Assembly: GCA_963844715.1 (NCBI GenBank)
Contig: CAWJPJ010000005.1
Location: 192,001-256,000 of the forward strand
DNA length: 64,000 nt
Reading direction: 5' to 3'
From: an uncultured Phycisphaerales bacterium
GTDB taxonomy: Bacteria; Planctomycetota; Phycisphaerae; Tepidisphaerales; Tepidisphaeraceae
The translations under genes and the position numbers were made by a program. How positions within the stretch are numbered: position 1 is the stretch's first letter; every line of letters begins with the position of its first letter. Shown piece after piece: positions 53,565 through 63,483 of the stretch. Below the pieces are notes generated by a model. It saw only the letters and a list, made by a program, of their open reading frames with translations, was not told where the DNA came from and searched no databases.

Positions 53565-53785
53565 ATGCCGTTGAATAACGTCATTCAAATCGACCCAGAA
53601 GTCCAAGGCGGGGCGCTTGCTTTACCGGTACGCGCGTTCCAGTGAAGTCTCTCTTTGACGCGTTGCGGCACGGCCGGTCAATCGATTACTTCCTCGAACA
53701 ATTTCCCTCGGTCAAGCGGGAACAGGCATTGCGGCTATTAGAAGAAGCGGCAGCGCTGGTTTCTTCCGGGCCGCGCGCGGCATGA
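53565..53785 (+). CDS. DUF433 family (VapB45-like antitoxin), one frameshift near 53615
   Basis: 'IQIDPEVQGG..CFTGTRVPVKSLFDAL..G.SID.FL.QFPSV.REQ'. Confidence 0.85.
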
Positions 53786-53829
53786 AAGTGTCGCTCGACG
53801 AGAACCTTCCTCACCAATTGCGGGGTTGA
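53782..53829 (+). pseudogene. 5' remnant of DUF5615/PIN (VapC45-like) toxin
   Basis: ATGA overlap with DUF433. Reads 'MKVSLDENLPHQLRG*', and the next gene starts 8 nt later. Confidence 0.7.
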
Positions 53830-53837
53830 ATCGATTC

Positions 53838-54164
53838 ATGTCGTGGACGAGTCTTTGCCAACTCGATGAATTGAGCGAAACAACCGGGAAATACGTCGAA
53901 ATCGACGGGTTCCAGTTGGCGGTTTTCCTGGTGGGCGGAGCGGTGCATGTCCTTGACAACACTTGCCCGCACGCGGGGGGACCTCTGGCGGAGGGAGAAA
54001 TCGAGGGGGATTGCGTGGCGTGCCCTTGGCATCAATGGACGTTTCGAGTCACCGACGGCAGACTTCGCGGAGCGGAAACAGTGGGAGTGACGCACTATTC
54101 CACGCGGAAGTTTGAGCGGCCGGGGCAGCCGACGCTGGTGCAGGCGGATTTGCCGATTTATTGA
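53838..54164 (+). CDS. Rieske [2Fe-2S] ferredoxin
   Basis: 'NTCPHAGGPL', 'CPWHQWTF...DG'. Confidence 0.92.
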   Translation: MSWTSLCQLDELSETTGKYVEIDGFQLAVFLVGGAVHVLDNTCPHAGGPLAEGEIEGDCVACPWHQWTFRVTDGRLRGAETVGVTHYSTRKFERPGQPTLVQADLPIY

Positions 54165-54173
54165 GGTGAGGTT

Positions 54174-54918
54174 TTAGGGGTCGATTCGCCGCGGCCGATG
54201 GACTGTGACAGGCGAGCCTTCGGCGACGATCGCCGACACGGGGGGCTTCTTCAGATATTCGACGAACGATGGGCCATACGACTCCTCGACGTTGGCACAG
54301 AGTTCCGGAGATTCCGCGTGCCAGATTCGCCATGGGCGATGAATGACGCGATATTCGATTGTGCTGCCGTCGGCGCTGGCGGGTGTATCCCCAGTAATGA
54401 TCGGTGACGAAAGCAGCGAGCGGATCGGCGGGTTCGGCGGGCGAACCAACTGCCGTGGCCGCGACGTGATCCCATTTCCCAGACCATTGCCATGAGTAAG
54501 AGATTCTTCCCGGCGAATTGACGAGTTCGCTGGGTGCGGTGCTGCGCATGGCGACCGCGATATACGGCTCCTGATACGCCCGCCGGGCGATGGATGCGAT
54601 CGAACGGCGCGGGACGAGTTCGCGGACAAAGCAGACGCCGCGGCGAATTTCGCCGTCGGGCATCTCGCGGCGTACGTAGAACCGGAGATTGACCTCGTCG
54701 AAATTGCGATGGAAGGGGATGGGTATATGGAACAATCGCGTGTTAAGAAAGCGAAACCCGACGACGCTGACGAGCGCTGTGTCGTGATGCAGATCTAGGC
54801 AAACGCCGGCAGGGCAGAGCGGCCCGAGAATCGCGGCGGGGACCTGGTATGTCAGCATCACCAGATAGCGCCACTCGGCCGAAAGGAAGCGGCCGGGTTG
54901 ACGGGGTGATTTTTTCAA
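54174..54918 (-). CDS. YqjF/DUF2071 family protein, frameshifted near 54375
   Basis: 'FLSAEWRYL', 'FDEVNLRFYV', 'HYWGYT', 'YRVIHRPW'. Confidence 0.85.
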
Positions 54919-54927
54919 GGGTTTTGG

Positions 54928-56073
54928 TCAGCCGGCTTCAGCTTCCCTGGGGAGACTCTTCCGCAAGCCGCGGATATCCTGCAAAAATTCTTTTCGCAAA
55001 ATATAGCGTGTCAGGGTCGCCGCGCCGAAGGAGAAGACGAAAACGTCGGCGGGCGTTGGATTCAGCAGGCGGCGCGAGGTCCACCAGGCGATGAGGATGC
55101 AGACGAGCCACTCGGCGGCGGAGATCACGGCGAAATCGAGCCAGGGGCGGGGGCGGACGATGAACTCGCGCTGGGTGCGTACATAGCGGAGATGAAAAAT
55201 CGCCGTCGCGAGGATTGCGGCCGGATAGGAGAGGGCGGCGGCGTGAATGGGGTGGCGGATGCCGTCGAGCCATAAGAACGCCGCCAGGCCTGCGAGCCAG
55301 CCTATTACGGTGGCGATGAGGAATTTGCTGACCGGGGAGAGTCGCGGGTATTTGAAATCGTACAAGCGGCTGAGGTGTTCCAGATATTTAAACTGCTGCT
55401 TGAGGGACAGCTTGGATCGCCCCTTTTGCCTGAGCCCGAAATGGATGGGGATCTCGCGGACGGACGTGACGCGCGCCTTGCACATCAGCTCCAGGGCGAT
55501 TTTATATCCGAGGGGGGTAAGCTGCTTCGCGCCGGCGTAGGTTTCCCGGCGCAGGGCGAAAAAGCCGGCCATGGGGTCGGTAATTCTGCCCGCGAAAGAT
55601 CGGGCAAGAAACGTCGCGACCCTGGAATTGATTTTTCGAAGCGTGCCCCAGGTATCGGCGGTGCTTCCCCCCGGCACGTAGCGCGAGCCAACGACAAAAT
55701 CCGCGCTGCGATCGCGCAATGGAGCGAGCAACTCGGGCAATTTTTCGGGCGGGTGCTGCAAATCGGCGTCCATCACGCACAGGAATTCGCCGTGAGCCTG
55801 GGCCATTCCATGCAGGACAGCGCCGCTCAGGCCGTTTTCCGGCTCCTTCCGAACGAGCAAGCGGACGGGGTACGTTTTGGACAGATCGGCGCAGACACCC
55901 GCGGTGTTATCGCGGCTGTTGTCGTCGACGATGAGGACCTCATACGCGGCGGGCCGCAGGGCGGCGTCGATGCGCTTCAGGAGCTCGGGCAGATTTTCCG
56001 CCTCGTTGATTGTGGGGACGATGACCGAAACTTCCGGCGCCGGGGAAGGCGAAGTGGGAGAAGTTGAATCCAT
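54928..56073 (-). CDS. GT2 polyprenol-phosphate mannose synthase-like + GtrA-like domain
   Basis: 'VDDNSRDNT', 'VMDADLQHPP', 'GSRY', 'DPMAGFF', 'GYKIALE', four C-terminal TMs. Confidence 0.9.
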   Translation of the reverse strand: MDSTSPTSPSPAPEVSVIVPTINEAENLPELLKRIDAALRPAAYEVLIVDDNSRDNTAGVCADLSKTYPVRLLVRKEPENGLSGAVLHGMAQAHGEFLCVMDADLQHPPEKLPELLAPLRDRSADFVVGSRYVPGGSTADTWGTLRKINSRVATFLARSFAGRITDPMAGFFALRRETYAGAKQLTPLGYKIALELMCKARVTSVREIPIHFGLRQKGRSKLSLKQQFKYLEHLSRLYDFKYPRLSPVSKFLIATVIGWLAGLAAFLWLDGIRHPIHAAALSYPAAILATAIFHLRYVRTQREFIVRPRPWLDFAVISAAEWLVCILIAWWTSRRLLNPTPADVFVFSFGAATLTRYILRKEFLQDIRGLRKSLPREAEAG

Positions 56074-56996
56074 CAGTTGTCGGCGCCGGAACTGCCGTCG
56101 ACGGTTGAGTCAATCGCAACGCCGATGCAATTCGCGACACTGCGCTCGATTGACAGAGGGATCAACAAATCATGCCCGTCGCTGGGGCGATTGACAACGG
56201 TGGGGTCCGTGCCGCCGTAGCTGACGGCCATGGTGGAACTTCCGCCGCTGTCGAGGATCAAAGCGGTCCAGGCGCCGAGGCGGAGCATTTCCTGTCCCAC
56301 CTGATATTCACTGATTCCCTCCGAATATCCGGGCCTCCGTCCATCAACAACCAGGAAGATCAGATTTTTCCCCTCATGGTCGACTCCAACCGCCGTTCGT
56401 GGAGCGAGGATGGACTTGTCCTCGGGATGCTCGTCGGGAAGGCGGGCGCTCTTGCCCTCCTTGACGATTACGAAGGTGCCGGTGAGAGCCTGAGTCGTTT
56501 GCGGGGGAAGCGTCATAAATTGGCCGATGGAGGCATGGTTTTTTCCTTCGACGACGAGGGTGGGCCAATCTGGATGTTTAGGATGACGGGTCAGGAGCAC
56601 GCCATCGCTGACGAGCCAGCCGATGGGGCGCGTCGGGTTTCCGTCGAAGTAGGGATATTTGATTCCGAGGATGGATTCGGCGTCCTTGGTTCCGAAGGGG
56701 CTGCCGTTGATGGCGATAGCGAGATGGTTGCGGCGGGCAAGACTCGAGACGGTCAGGAGGGATATGTTCCAGGGTTCGGGCGAAGTGGGGTCGACGGCGC
56801 AAGCGACTTTGACGTGCACCGAGGGATCGGTGAGATCCACCTTGGCGACGTAAAGCCTCAGGGCCGGATTGGTTCTGATTTCGGGAGTGAAGATGATCGG
56901 TCCGTGCGGCCGCAGATTTACCGCCGGAGCCGGCGCTAGGGACGAAAGGGCGAGAATCGCCAAAAAGATCGGCAGGATTTTGAAGGTTCGAAACAT
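56073..56996 (-). CDS. Phosphodiester glycosidase (NAGPA/DUF2233) family protein
   Basis: 'AINGS.F', 'PRTAVG', 'VVDGR', 'LDSGGSS', 'R.VAN.I'. Confidence 0.88.
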   Translation of the reverse strand: MFRTFKILPIFLAILALSSLAPAPAVNLRPHGPIIFTPEIRTNPALRLYVAKVDLTDPSVHVKVACAVDPTSPEPWNISLLTVSSLARRNHLAIAINGSPFGTKDAESILGIKYPYFDGNPTRPIGWLVSDGVLLTRHPKHPDWPTLVVEGKNHASIGQFMTLPPQTTQALTGTFVIVKEGKSARLPDEHPEDKSILAPRTAVGVDHEGKNLIFLVVDGRRPGYSEGISEYQVGQEMLRLGAWTALILDSGGSSTMAVSYGGTDPTVVNRPSDGHDLLIPLSIERSVANCIGVAIDSTVDGSSGADN

Positions 56997-57128
56997 TGCT
57001 TATTTTCCCGCGGCCGTTCCCGAGGCGGGTGTTATAACGGATTATCCCGCTTTGGGCACAAAATTATTGGTTGTTAAAAGCTTAGCTTGCCGGGATTAAG
57101 GCTTCATTATAACCTCTGGCGGCCGTAT

Positions 57129-58040
57129 ATGAGCATCCTCGTCGGAAAAACCACCCAAGTCATATGCCAGGGAATAACCGGTTCCGCTGGGGCTTTTCAC
57201 ACCAAGGGATGCCTCGAATACGGGACGAAAATAGTCGGAGGAACCACTCCGGGCAAGGGGGGAGGAAAAGATGCAAATGGTCTGCCGATTTTTGACACCG
57301 TACGGCAGGCCGTGGACGCGACCGGCGCCAGCGCGACGATGATCTTCGTTCCACCGCCGTTTGCGGCAGACGCGATAATCGAGGCCGCCGATGCAGGAAT
57401 TGCAGTAATCGTCGCGATTACCGAGGGGATTCCGGTCCTGGATATGGTCGCGGCCAAGGCGTACCTCAAGGAAAAGCCGAAGAGCGTTTTGATCGGGCCA
57501 AATTGCCCGGGGATCATCACGCCGGGGGAATGCAAGATCGGAATCATGCCCGGTTACATTCATACCCCGGCATCGCAAGCCAGAAGCGGGAAGAAAGTGG
57601 GGATCATCAGCCGAAGCGGGACGCTCACCTACGAAGCGGTGTGGCAGTGCACCACGCGCGGAATCGGGCAGACGACGTGCGTGGGAATCGGCGGGGATCC
57701 CGTGAAGGGATTGAATTTCATCGAACTGCTTGCCATGTTCGCCGATGATCCGCAAACCGATGGGATCATCCTGATCGGAGAAATCGGCGGCGCGGACGAG
57801 GAAGCGGCGGCGCACTACGTGCAGGAAAAGGTCAAAAAACCGGTGACGGCTTTCATCGCGGGGCGAACCGCGCCCGCGGGGCGGAGAATGGGACACGCGG
57901 GGGCGATCATCAGCGGGGGCGAGGGCGGCGCGGAAACCAAAATCGCTGCACTGAAAAAAGCGGGGATCGCGGTGGCGGACAGCCCGGCGACGATTGGCGA
58001 GACAATGGCCGAGGCGTTGGGCGTTACGACGCCGGCTTGA
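57129..58040 (+). CDS. sucD: Succinate-CoA ligase alpha subunit
   Basis: 'MSILV', 'QGITG', 'IGPNCPG', 'SRSGTLTYE', 'RMGHAGAII'. Confidence 0.97.
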   Translation: MSILVGKTTQVICQGITGSAGAFHTKGCLEYGTKIVGGTTPGKGGGKDANGLPIFDTVRQAVDATGASATMIFVPPPFAADAIIEAADAGIAVIVAITEGIPVLDMVAAKAYLKEKPKSVLIGPNCPGIITPGECKIGIMPGYIHTPASQARSGKKVGIISRSGTLTYEAVWQCTTRGIGQTTCVGIGGDPVKGLNFIELLAMFADDPQTDGIILIGEIGGADEEAAAHYVQEKVKKPVTAFIAGRTAPAGRRMGHAGAIISGGEGGAETKIAALKKAGIAVADSPATIGETMAEALGVTTPA

Positions 58041-58581
58041 GCAGGGCGAGGACTTCCGCGTTTCCGCCGTGGCCTTTCATGGGGCTGGGGGTCGAGGCGG
58101 ACCAGACGAAGCCGGAGTTTTCAGCATCACGCCGCACGGCGTGCAAAATCTCTTCAAGCTTTTCCTGTGGGAGGACGCCGTTTCTTAAGTCACCCGCGTC
58201 AGCTTCGTAGTGCGGTTTGATGAGTGTAATGACGATGCCATCGGCGGGAATCATGTGCCGGGCGGGGGGCAGAATGCTGCGCTGTTTGGTCCATCCGACG
58301 TCGATAGTCACGATCTGAATTGGTTGCGGAAGCTCGACGTGCATGGCATTGGTCCGTTCCATCACAACCACGCGGGGATCCTTTCGCAGTTTCCAATCGA
58401 GCGCCCCATATCCTGTATCGACGGCATAGACTTTGGCCGCCCCGCGCTGCAGGAGGCAATCCGTGAATCCGCCTGCGTTGGAGCCTAAATCAGCGCAGAT
58501 TTTCGCGGTGACGTCGATGCCGAATGTGGAGAGGGCGTGATCGAGTTTTCGTCCGGCTCGGGAGGCAAAGGGCTCGAGCAT
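58024..58581 (-). CDS. TlyA-like RNA methyltransferase (no S4 domain)
   Basis: 'FASRAG.KL', '[23 protein letters not shown]', 'LIKP.YE', 'GN.E.L'. Confidence 0.85.
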   Translation of the reverse strand: MLEPFASRAGRKLDHALSTFGIDVTAKICADLGSNAGGFTDCLLQRGAAKVYAVDTGYGALDWKLRKDPRVVVMERTNAMHVELPQPIQIVTIDVGWTKQRSILPPARHMIPADGIVITLIKPHYEADAGDLRNGVLPQEKLEEILHAVRRDAENSGFVWSASTPSPMKGHGGNAEVLALLKPAS

Positions 58582-58647
58582 ATTCGGTATTGAATCGTAA
58601 AGGGGCGTGCATTGGAAATCGGCTGACGTGCGCGTAAAGTTTTGGGC

Positions 58648-59646
58648 ATGGAAACGCGACGCCTGGGGAACTCGGATCTCTACGTGACGCCGGTGATATT
58701 CGGGGCATGGGCGATTGGCGGATGGATGTGGGGGAAGACCAATGACGCGGCGGCGATCGACGCGATTCGCGCCTCAATCGATCAGGGAGTGAATGCCATC
58801 GACACGGCGGCGGTGTATGGGATGGGGCACAGCGAGATGCTGGTGGCCAAGGCGATCGAGGGGAAGCGTGACAAGTTGATTATCGCGACCAAATGCGGAA
58901 TGCGGTGGGACACGAAGGAGGGATCGGACCCCTGGGCGCAAATCGATAACGATGAAAACCCGATCACGATCATGAAGAACTCGAAGCCGGCGAGCATCGC
59001 CTGGGAGTGCGAGCAGAGCCTCAGACGGCTCGAGACGGATGTGATCGATCTTTATCAAATCCATCGCCCGGATTTGGCGACGCCGATCGAGGAATCGACG
59101 GCGGCGCTGGAGAAGTTGAGGAAAGAAGGAAAAGTCCGGGCGATCGGAGTGAGCAATTACGGGATGCCGATTCTAACCCGCGCGGCGGCGACGGCGCAAC
59201 TGGCGAGCAACCAGCCGGCGTATAGCGTCATCCAGCGGGATATCGAGAAAGAGGTGATTCCGTTTTGCCGGGAGAAGCAGATTGGGATTATCTGTTATTC
59301 CCCGCTGGAGAGGGGGCTTCTGACCGGGGCGGTGGGGCCGGACCGGACGTTTGCGCCGACGGATCATCGGAACAAGCACAAATTTTTCACGCAGGAGAAT
59401 CGGCAGCGCGTGGCCGATGCGCTGGCGAAGATCAAGCCGATCGCGGATGGCCATGGGGCGACCGTCGGGCAGACGATGATCGCCTGGACGATCCGCCAGC
59501 CGGGGATCACGGCGGCGCTGGTGGGGGCGCGGAATCCGGAGCAGGCGGAGCACAACGCCAAGGCGATGAATGTGTCGCTGAATGCCGATGAATTGGGGCA
59601 GATTCGGGCTGCGTTTGACCAGTGCGCGGCGGTTATGTCGCGGTAG
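58648..59646 (+). CDS. Aldo/keto reductase
   Basis: 'IDTAAVYG.G.SE', 'IATK', 'IDLYQIH', 'IGVSNY', 'YSPL.RGLLTG'. Confidence 0.95.
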   Translation: METRRLGNSDLYVTPVIFGAWAIGGWMWGKTNDAAAIDAIRASIDQGVNAIDTAAVYGMGHSEMLVAKAIEGKRDKLIIATKCGMRWDTKEGSDPWAQIDNDENPITIMKNSKPASIAWECEQSLRRLETDVIDLYQIHRPDLATPIEESTAALEKLRKEGKVRAIGVSNYGMPILTRAAATAQLASNQPAYSVIQRDIEKEVIPFCREKQIGIICYSPLERGLLTGAVGPDRTFAPTDHRNKHKFFTQENRQRVADALAKIKPIADGHGATVGQTMIAWTIRQPGITAALVGARNPEQAEHNAKAMNVSLNADELGQIRAAFDQCAAVMSR

Positions 59647-60647
59647 AGAAAGATTTCAAGATCGCCTCGAAGAGCGGGTCCTCCTGGCCGGGCGGGAAAT
59701 GGATCGTCAGTTGGGCTCTGAGAATGGGGGCGGCGGGTTTTAGCCGCGAGATTTTCGCCCAATCTTTTTCGGTGGTAATCAGGTATTCGGCTCCGGCGGT
59801 CGGAAGTTGGGCTAAATCGGTTCGGGTATAGGCGTGATGATCGGGGAATGCCTCGGTTCCCGTGGGTTTACCCAGGCGTTCAGCGAGGGTGGCAAAAAAG
59901 CTGTCGGGAGAGCCCAGGCCGCAGAAAGCGAAATAGCTCTTGCCGGATGGGTTTATCTCCTGACCCTCGGCGTTTAGGAACGCGCCGAGTTGGTGATCGG
60001 CACGATAGATCGGAGCTGTCGAATTGTGCCGCCAAAGCTTCAGCCCGATCTGGGAGAGGTTTGCCGGCGGGACTTCGGAGGCGTGAGTGATCAGGAACTG
60101 CGCTGGCCCTGCGCAATTCCTGAAGGGGCTCGCGCAATAATCCCCGGGGCAAAATTCGGTCGAATCCAAACGGATTGCGGGCGTTGATCAAAACTAAATC
60201 GAAGTTTCGTTTGGCGCCGCGATGTTGCATGGCATCGTCGAGGACGAAGACGGTCGTGTCGGGATGATCGCGGAGGGCGGCGGCCGCGCCGCGTACGCGG
60301 CTGCGATTAACGATCACCGGGGCGATCCCCGCCAGGGAATTTCTGAGCACTTCGGCTTCATCACTGATTCCCTCGGCGGTGGTTTTATAACCTCGCAATA
60401 AAACCGCCGGATGGTGATTGGATTTGGCCAATTTTGTGGCGAGCCAGATGGAGACCGGGGTTTTTCCCGTGCCGCCGGCCGTTATGTTGCCGACGCTGAC
60501 GGCCGGGCGCCCGAGGGAATGGGTCGCGAAATAACCCTTGTCGTACAGGGCATTGCGGATGCGCATCACGGTTGCATACAAAGGCTCGACGCACGCGGCG
60601 ACGGCTTCCAGGGCAGGGGGGAGAGGTGGTCGGTTTGAATCAGACAT
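59633..60647 (-). CDS. lpxK: Tetraacyldisaccharide 4'-kinase, frameshifted near 60100
   Basis: 'SVGNITAGGTGKTP', 'RGY', 'SDE', 'LDDAMQH', 'LPRG.LREP', 'FPDHH.Y', 'TTEKD..K'. Confidence 0.92.
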
Positions 60648-61600
60648 TATAAACCCGCGCGCAAATATACATCGTCGCTTTGTCCAAAAACGATCGGCAT
60701 CGGTGGGACACGATTGAGCCGGAAGGGGTCGATGAGTTGATGGGGATCATCCACGGAGTCGCCGAGTGTGTCGATTCCGCACCATTTTGCCAGCAGGGCG
60801 AGCAGGCGGGAAGGCTTGACACCCAGTTCACGGTACATGGCGAGGCGCGTGTCGCCGTGCCGCTTGGCCAGCCGTTTGCCATCGGGTCCGATCACGAGGG
60901 GGACGTGGGTATAGCGGGTAATATTGCCCGCAGCGCCCAAAGCGCGATAGAGGAGAATCTGCCTCGGGGTGGAATCGAGGAGATCGTCGCCTCGGACGAC
61001 TTGATCGACTCCAGCGGCGATATCGTCGATGACAACGGCCAATTGATACGCGGCTGTTCCATCGGCCTTGGCGATGACAAAATCGCCAATTTGACTGGCA
61101 ACATTAAATGTCTGGGGGCCTAGAAAGGCGTCGTCGAAAATGATCGTTTCGTTCGGGGCGAGGAAGCGAGTCGCGGGTGGGCGGCCGGCTTTTTGCGTAG
61201 CTTCCTCAACGGATGAATATTTTCCTCGGCAAGTTCCGGGATAAATGCTCGCCCCGTCCTCCGCATGGGGTGCGCTGGCGGCGAGTTCCACTTCACGCCG
61301 CGTGCAGACGCAGGGATAGGCGAGGCCTTTATCGAGAAGCATTTTGATGGCCGCGGCGTAGGCCTCCCGGCGCGAGGATTGATAGATCGGCCCGTCGTCC
61401 CAATCGAGGCGCAGATATTCCATGTCGTCCATCAACATCGCATCCGCGCCCGATTTGACGCGCGGGGAATCGAGGTCTTCGATGCGGAGGATGATGCGCC
61501 AATCATTCTGGCGGGCCAGAAGCCAATTGATCAAAAACGTGCCGGCGTTTCCGAGATGCAAAGCCCCGGTGGGAGAAGGCGCCAGACGGGTGGTGGGCAT
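60647..61600 (-). CDS. gluQ: Glutamyl-Q tRNA(Asp) synthetase
   Basis: 'RLAPSPTG.LHLGN', 'YPC.CTR', 'AYQLAVV.DD', 'RGDDLL.ST.RQ', 'RLAKRHG'. Short, no anticodon-binding domain. Confidence 0.92.
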   Translation of the reverse strand: MPTTRLAPSPTGALHLGNAGTFLINWLLARQNDWRIILRIEDLDSPRVKSGADAMLMDDMEYLRLDWDDGPIYQSSRREAYAAAIKMLLDKGLAYPCVCTRREVELAASAPHAEDGASIYPGTCRGKYSSVEEATQKAGRPPATRFLAPNETIIFDDAFLGPQTFNVASQIGDFVIAKADGTAAYQLAVVIDDIAAGVDQVVRGDDLLDSTPRQILLYRALGAAGNITRYTHVPLVIGPDGKRLAKRHGDTRLAMYRELGVKPSRLLALLAKWCGIDTLGDSVDDPHQLIDPFRLNRVPPMPIVFGQSDDVYLRAGL

Positions 61601-61609
61601 GTGTGGATT

Positions 61610-62296
61610 TTACGGCGCGTCTTCCAGGGGGCGCGTTTTGGCGCTGTCGAGAACGGACTGGAGAAATGCCTGATCCTGCCCGTATTCGTTGGGGGTCATG
61701 GCGGAAACGGAAAAGCTGCACGGCAAAAAGGTGTCCTCAAAAGGCACGAAAACCAGGCGGCTCCAGGAAATCAATTGTCCGTCGCCTGTCTCGACGATGG
61801 GGGTATCGGCGGTGCCGGCGTCGATGGCATTCGTATCGTCGGGCTGGGTGGAAGCCTGCGTGGTGGACACGGTATACATGATTTTGTCGATGACACGGAG
61901 GCCGTTGATTTGATGAAGATCGTGAACTTGGACGCGATCAGGCCGCTGCTGGGCATCGGCTTCGGCGCCATCAACCATCAACTCGATTCGCCGCGAACTC
62001 ATGCCGGGGAGCGTCGTGACGGTGATGGTGGTATCGCCGCTGGGGGTGGGGCCTTCGAGCATGGTGATGCCGTCAACGAGTTCGACCTTCCAACTTGGGG
62101 GAACCTTGACGCTAAGGGGCGCGGATTTAATGTCTAGTTCGGTGCGATCGCCGCTGACGAGGTCCTGAGTCGTGGGCCGGGTCGGAGGCGGGGGCTCGGA
62201 AGCCGTGGGGGTGGAATCCTCGGAACGGCCGCATCCCCCAATAGCGACAATTCCCAAGGCCAAAATGACCAGCCCTCGTCCCAACCCAATCCGCAT
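61610..62296 (-). CDS. Hypothetical lipoprotein
   Basis: Lipobox 'IGGC' and Pro/Thr-rich linker. Confidence 0.7.
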   Translation of the reverse strand: MRIGLGRGLVILALGIVAIGGCGRSEDSTPTASEPPPPTRPTTQDLVSGDRTELDIKSAPLSVKVPPSWKVELVDGITMLEGPTPSGDTTITVTTLPGMSSRRIELMVDGAEADAQQRPDRVQVHDLHQINGLRVIDKIMYTVSTTQASTQPDDTNAIDAGTADTPIVETGDGQLISWSRLVFVPFEDTFLPCSFSVSAMTPNEYGQDQAFLQSVLDSAKTRPLEDAP

Positions 62297-62327
62297 TTTG
62301 CAATTATGTGCCCGTTTTGGGTGGTTA

Positions 62328-63362
62328 TCAAGAAAGACTTTTTAGCAATCGCTGGTAGTTCTGAATCCGCCATCTGGGGGCGGTTTCTTCGTTAACGTCC
62401 GGATAAAAATCGAGCAGATTTTGGGGGGTTATTCCCCACAGACCGAACTGTTTGATGCCGGGGGTGTCGATGACGGCGCCGCCTATATCGAGTTCATAGC
62501 GCTGGGCGGAGGTGGTGGTATGGCGGCCCTTCTCGGTGGCGAGGCTGACCTGGCCGATTTTCACGCCCAGGCCGGGTTGGATGGAGTTGATGAGAGTACT
62601 TTTCCCGACGCCGCTATGGCCGGCCAGGACGGTTGCCTTGCCTTTGAGAATCTCGGCCAGGGCGTCGATTCCGGCGGCGCTGACGGCGCTGACCTGGAGC
62701 GTCGCGGTGCCGAGAGATCGGTAATGGTCTAGGATTTCGCTGACGGCGGCTTGCTCGGATTCGTCGATGAGATCGATTTTCGACATGCAGAGAATGGGGC
62801 GGAGGCCGCCGCCCTGGGCGGCGATCAGCATTCGGTCGACCAGGCCCCATTTGACGCGCGGCTGAACGACGCTGGCGACGATGAGCATCTGCTCGGCGTT
62901 GGCGACGATGGGCTGCTGGTTGTGGCCGTGAAAACTGCCGGTGCGAACCAGGACGGTTTTCCTGGGCAGCGCCTGCTCGATGACCGCTTTGGCGCGGCCG
63001 GATTCGTCAAAACCGCCGGTATCGCGAAATCGGACCAGATCGCCGACGACGATGGCGGAATCGGCGAGCTTGGAAAGGGTTTTGCGGACGACGCAGAGGC
63101 GTGGGCCTGTGGGATGCTGGACGTGATAGAAAAGAGAGAACACCTGAACGACCTGGCCGACGGGAAGGCCTTCGAGATTTTGAGAGGTCTGGCCCTGGGA
63201 ATCGCGGAGGGAAGCGGTCTGTTCAATTTTATTTTGGGTCGATGATTTAGAGCGTTTGTCCTCGCGTTGCTGATCGTGCAGTTCCTCGGAGTCGAAATTC
63301 CCGGCCAGATACCGGGCCGTGAGGTCCTTTTCGCGGGTCTTGTTTCGGTGTGGTCGGCTCAT
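62328..63362 (-). CDS. rsgA: Ribosome small subunit-dependent GTPase A
   Basis: Circularly permuted GTPase: 'SKID', 'GHSGVGKSTLIN', 'GRHTT', 'DTPG'. C-terminal Cys/His zinc motif absent. Confidence 0.9.
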   Translation of the reverse strand: MSRPHRNKTREKDLTARYLAGNFDSEELHDQQREDKRSKSSTQNKIEQTASLRDSQGQTSQNLEGLPVGQVVQVFSLFYHVQHPTGPRLCVVRKTLSKLADSAIVVGDLVRFRDTGGFDESGRAKAVIEQALPRKTVLVRTGSFHGHNQQPIVANAEQMLIVASVVQPRVKWGLVDRMLIAAQGGGLRPILCMSKIDLIDESEQAAVSEILDHYRSLGTATLQVSAVSAAGIDALAEILKGKATVLAGHSGVGKSTLINSIQPGLGVKIGQVSLATEKGRHTTTSAQRYELDIGGAVIDTPGIKQFGLWGITPQNLLDFYPDVNEETAPRWRIQNYQRLLKSLS

Positions 63363-63483
63363 CGTTTGCCGGGTCGCGGCACAAAAATGGTCGCCTGCGG
63401 GGGCCAAAAACACAAGGCAAAGCGTGGCATTTGATTGTTGGTTAAGATCATCTTAGAGTTATATTTTTAGCGGAGACGCACCC

